A DNA stretch of 64,000 bases from Callorhinchus milii (lineage: Eukaryota). A program made the translations under genes and the position numbers. The stretch lies in the NCBI RefSeq assembly GCF_018977255.1, contig NW_024704743.1, positions 23,624,001 to 23,688,000 of the forward strand, in the 5' to 3' direction. The notes under the pieces are model-generated. The model did not search any database and had not been told where the DNA came from. It saw only the letters and a list, made by a program, of their open reading frames with translations. Positions 63,323 to 64,000 of this stretch are shown here, piece by piece (position 1 is the first letter of the stretch; the number at the start of each line of letters is the position of its first letter).

Positions 63323-64000
63323 AACAACAACAACAACAACAAGATTCCATTTATAGAGCGCCTTTCACGTCAGGAGGACGTCCCAAGGCGCTGCACAGTT
63401 GGGTCATGACCCGAGCAGGGGGGAAATGGTCAGGGTGAGGGGAGGGAAGGGAGGGAGAGAGGAGGGGGGAAGTGGTCAGGGTGAGGGGAGGGAAGGGAGG
63501 GAGCGAGGAGGAGGAAGAGAGTCGAGAGGGGAGCTGAAGGCACGGTCAAAGAGAAAGGTTTTGAGACCGGCCTTGAAGGAGGAAAGGGAGGAAGCAAGGC
63601 GAAGGCACTGGGGGATGGAGTTCCAGAGCCTGGGGGCTGAGAGGCTGAAGGCCCGACCACCGATGGTAGGGCGGTTGGGGCGGGGGACGTGGAGCAGACC
63701 AGAGCCAGAGGAACGGAGGGTACGGGCAGGTAGGTAGGGGGATAGTAGGTTGGAGAGGTAGGAGGGAGCAAGGCCGTGAATGGCCTTGTAGGTGAGGATG
63801 AGGATCTTGAATTCGATCCTCTGGGGGATGGGGAGCCAGTGGAGGCGAGCGAGGGTGGGAGTGATGTGATCGCGAAGCCTGGTGCGGGACAGTACACGAG
63901 CTGCAGAGTTCTGAATGACCTGCAGCTTGTGGAGGGAGGTGGCGGGAAGGCCGGCGAGGAGAGAGTTCCCATAGTCCAGCCTTGAGGTGACAAAGGCGTG
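63323..64000 (-). mobile_element. Young L2, running off the window end
   Basis: Highly similar to 6959-7630 along its length; (CAA)n tail. Confidence 0.97.

Noticed and set aside
1..64000. Strand bias of LINEs as evidence for a host gene; CRISPR or other prokaryotic systems
   Set aside because: L2 and CR1 copies occur on both strands in similar numbers; the DNA is vertebrate and has no repeat-spacer arrays or operons.

Overview
Vertebrate genomic DNA, repeat-rich and apparently intronic or intergenic. It is most likely from a cartilaginous fish, probably a chimaera/elephant-shark-like holocephalan; this is inferred from the repeat repertoire recognised by eye: L2 LINEs with (TTG)n tails, CR1 LINEs, tRNA-headed SINEs with (ATT)n tails, Deu-domain SINEs and AmnSINE2-like elements. 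I recognise no host protein-coding gene. The long ORFs in the track are L2 reverse-transcriptase C-termini or their antisense shadows, and several exon-like segments are reported only at low confidence. The most notable structure is at about 24.4-26.05 kb: a decayed viral-envelope-like (class I fusion protein) coding region. It occurs as a ~415-bp inverted duplication and contains a 175-bp micro-inversion bounded by 13-bp inverted repeats. Re-inverting that segment restores a reading frame running into a fusion-peptide-like sequence. Other observations: a three-switch templated insertion at 51.8 kb, RTE-like elements that retain only their 5' ends, a TA-flanked MITE, compound palindromes, nested LINE/SINE insertions, and a CpG-retaining region with an RFX X-box at about 48 kb. 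Repeat family names come from recall of consensus motifs, not from database searches, and most repeat boundaries are approximate (tens of bp).
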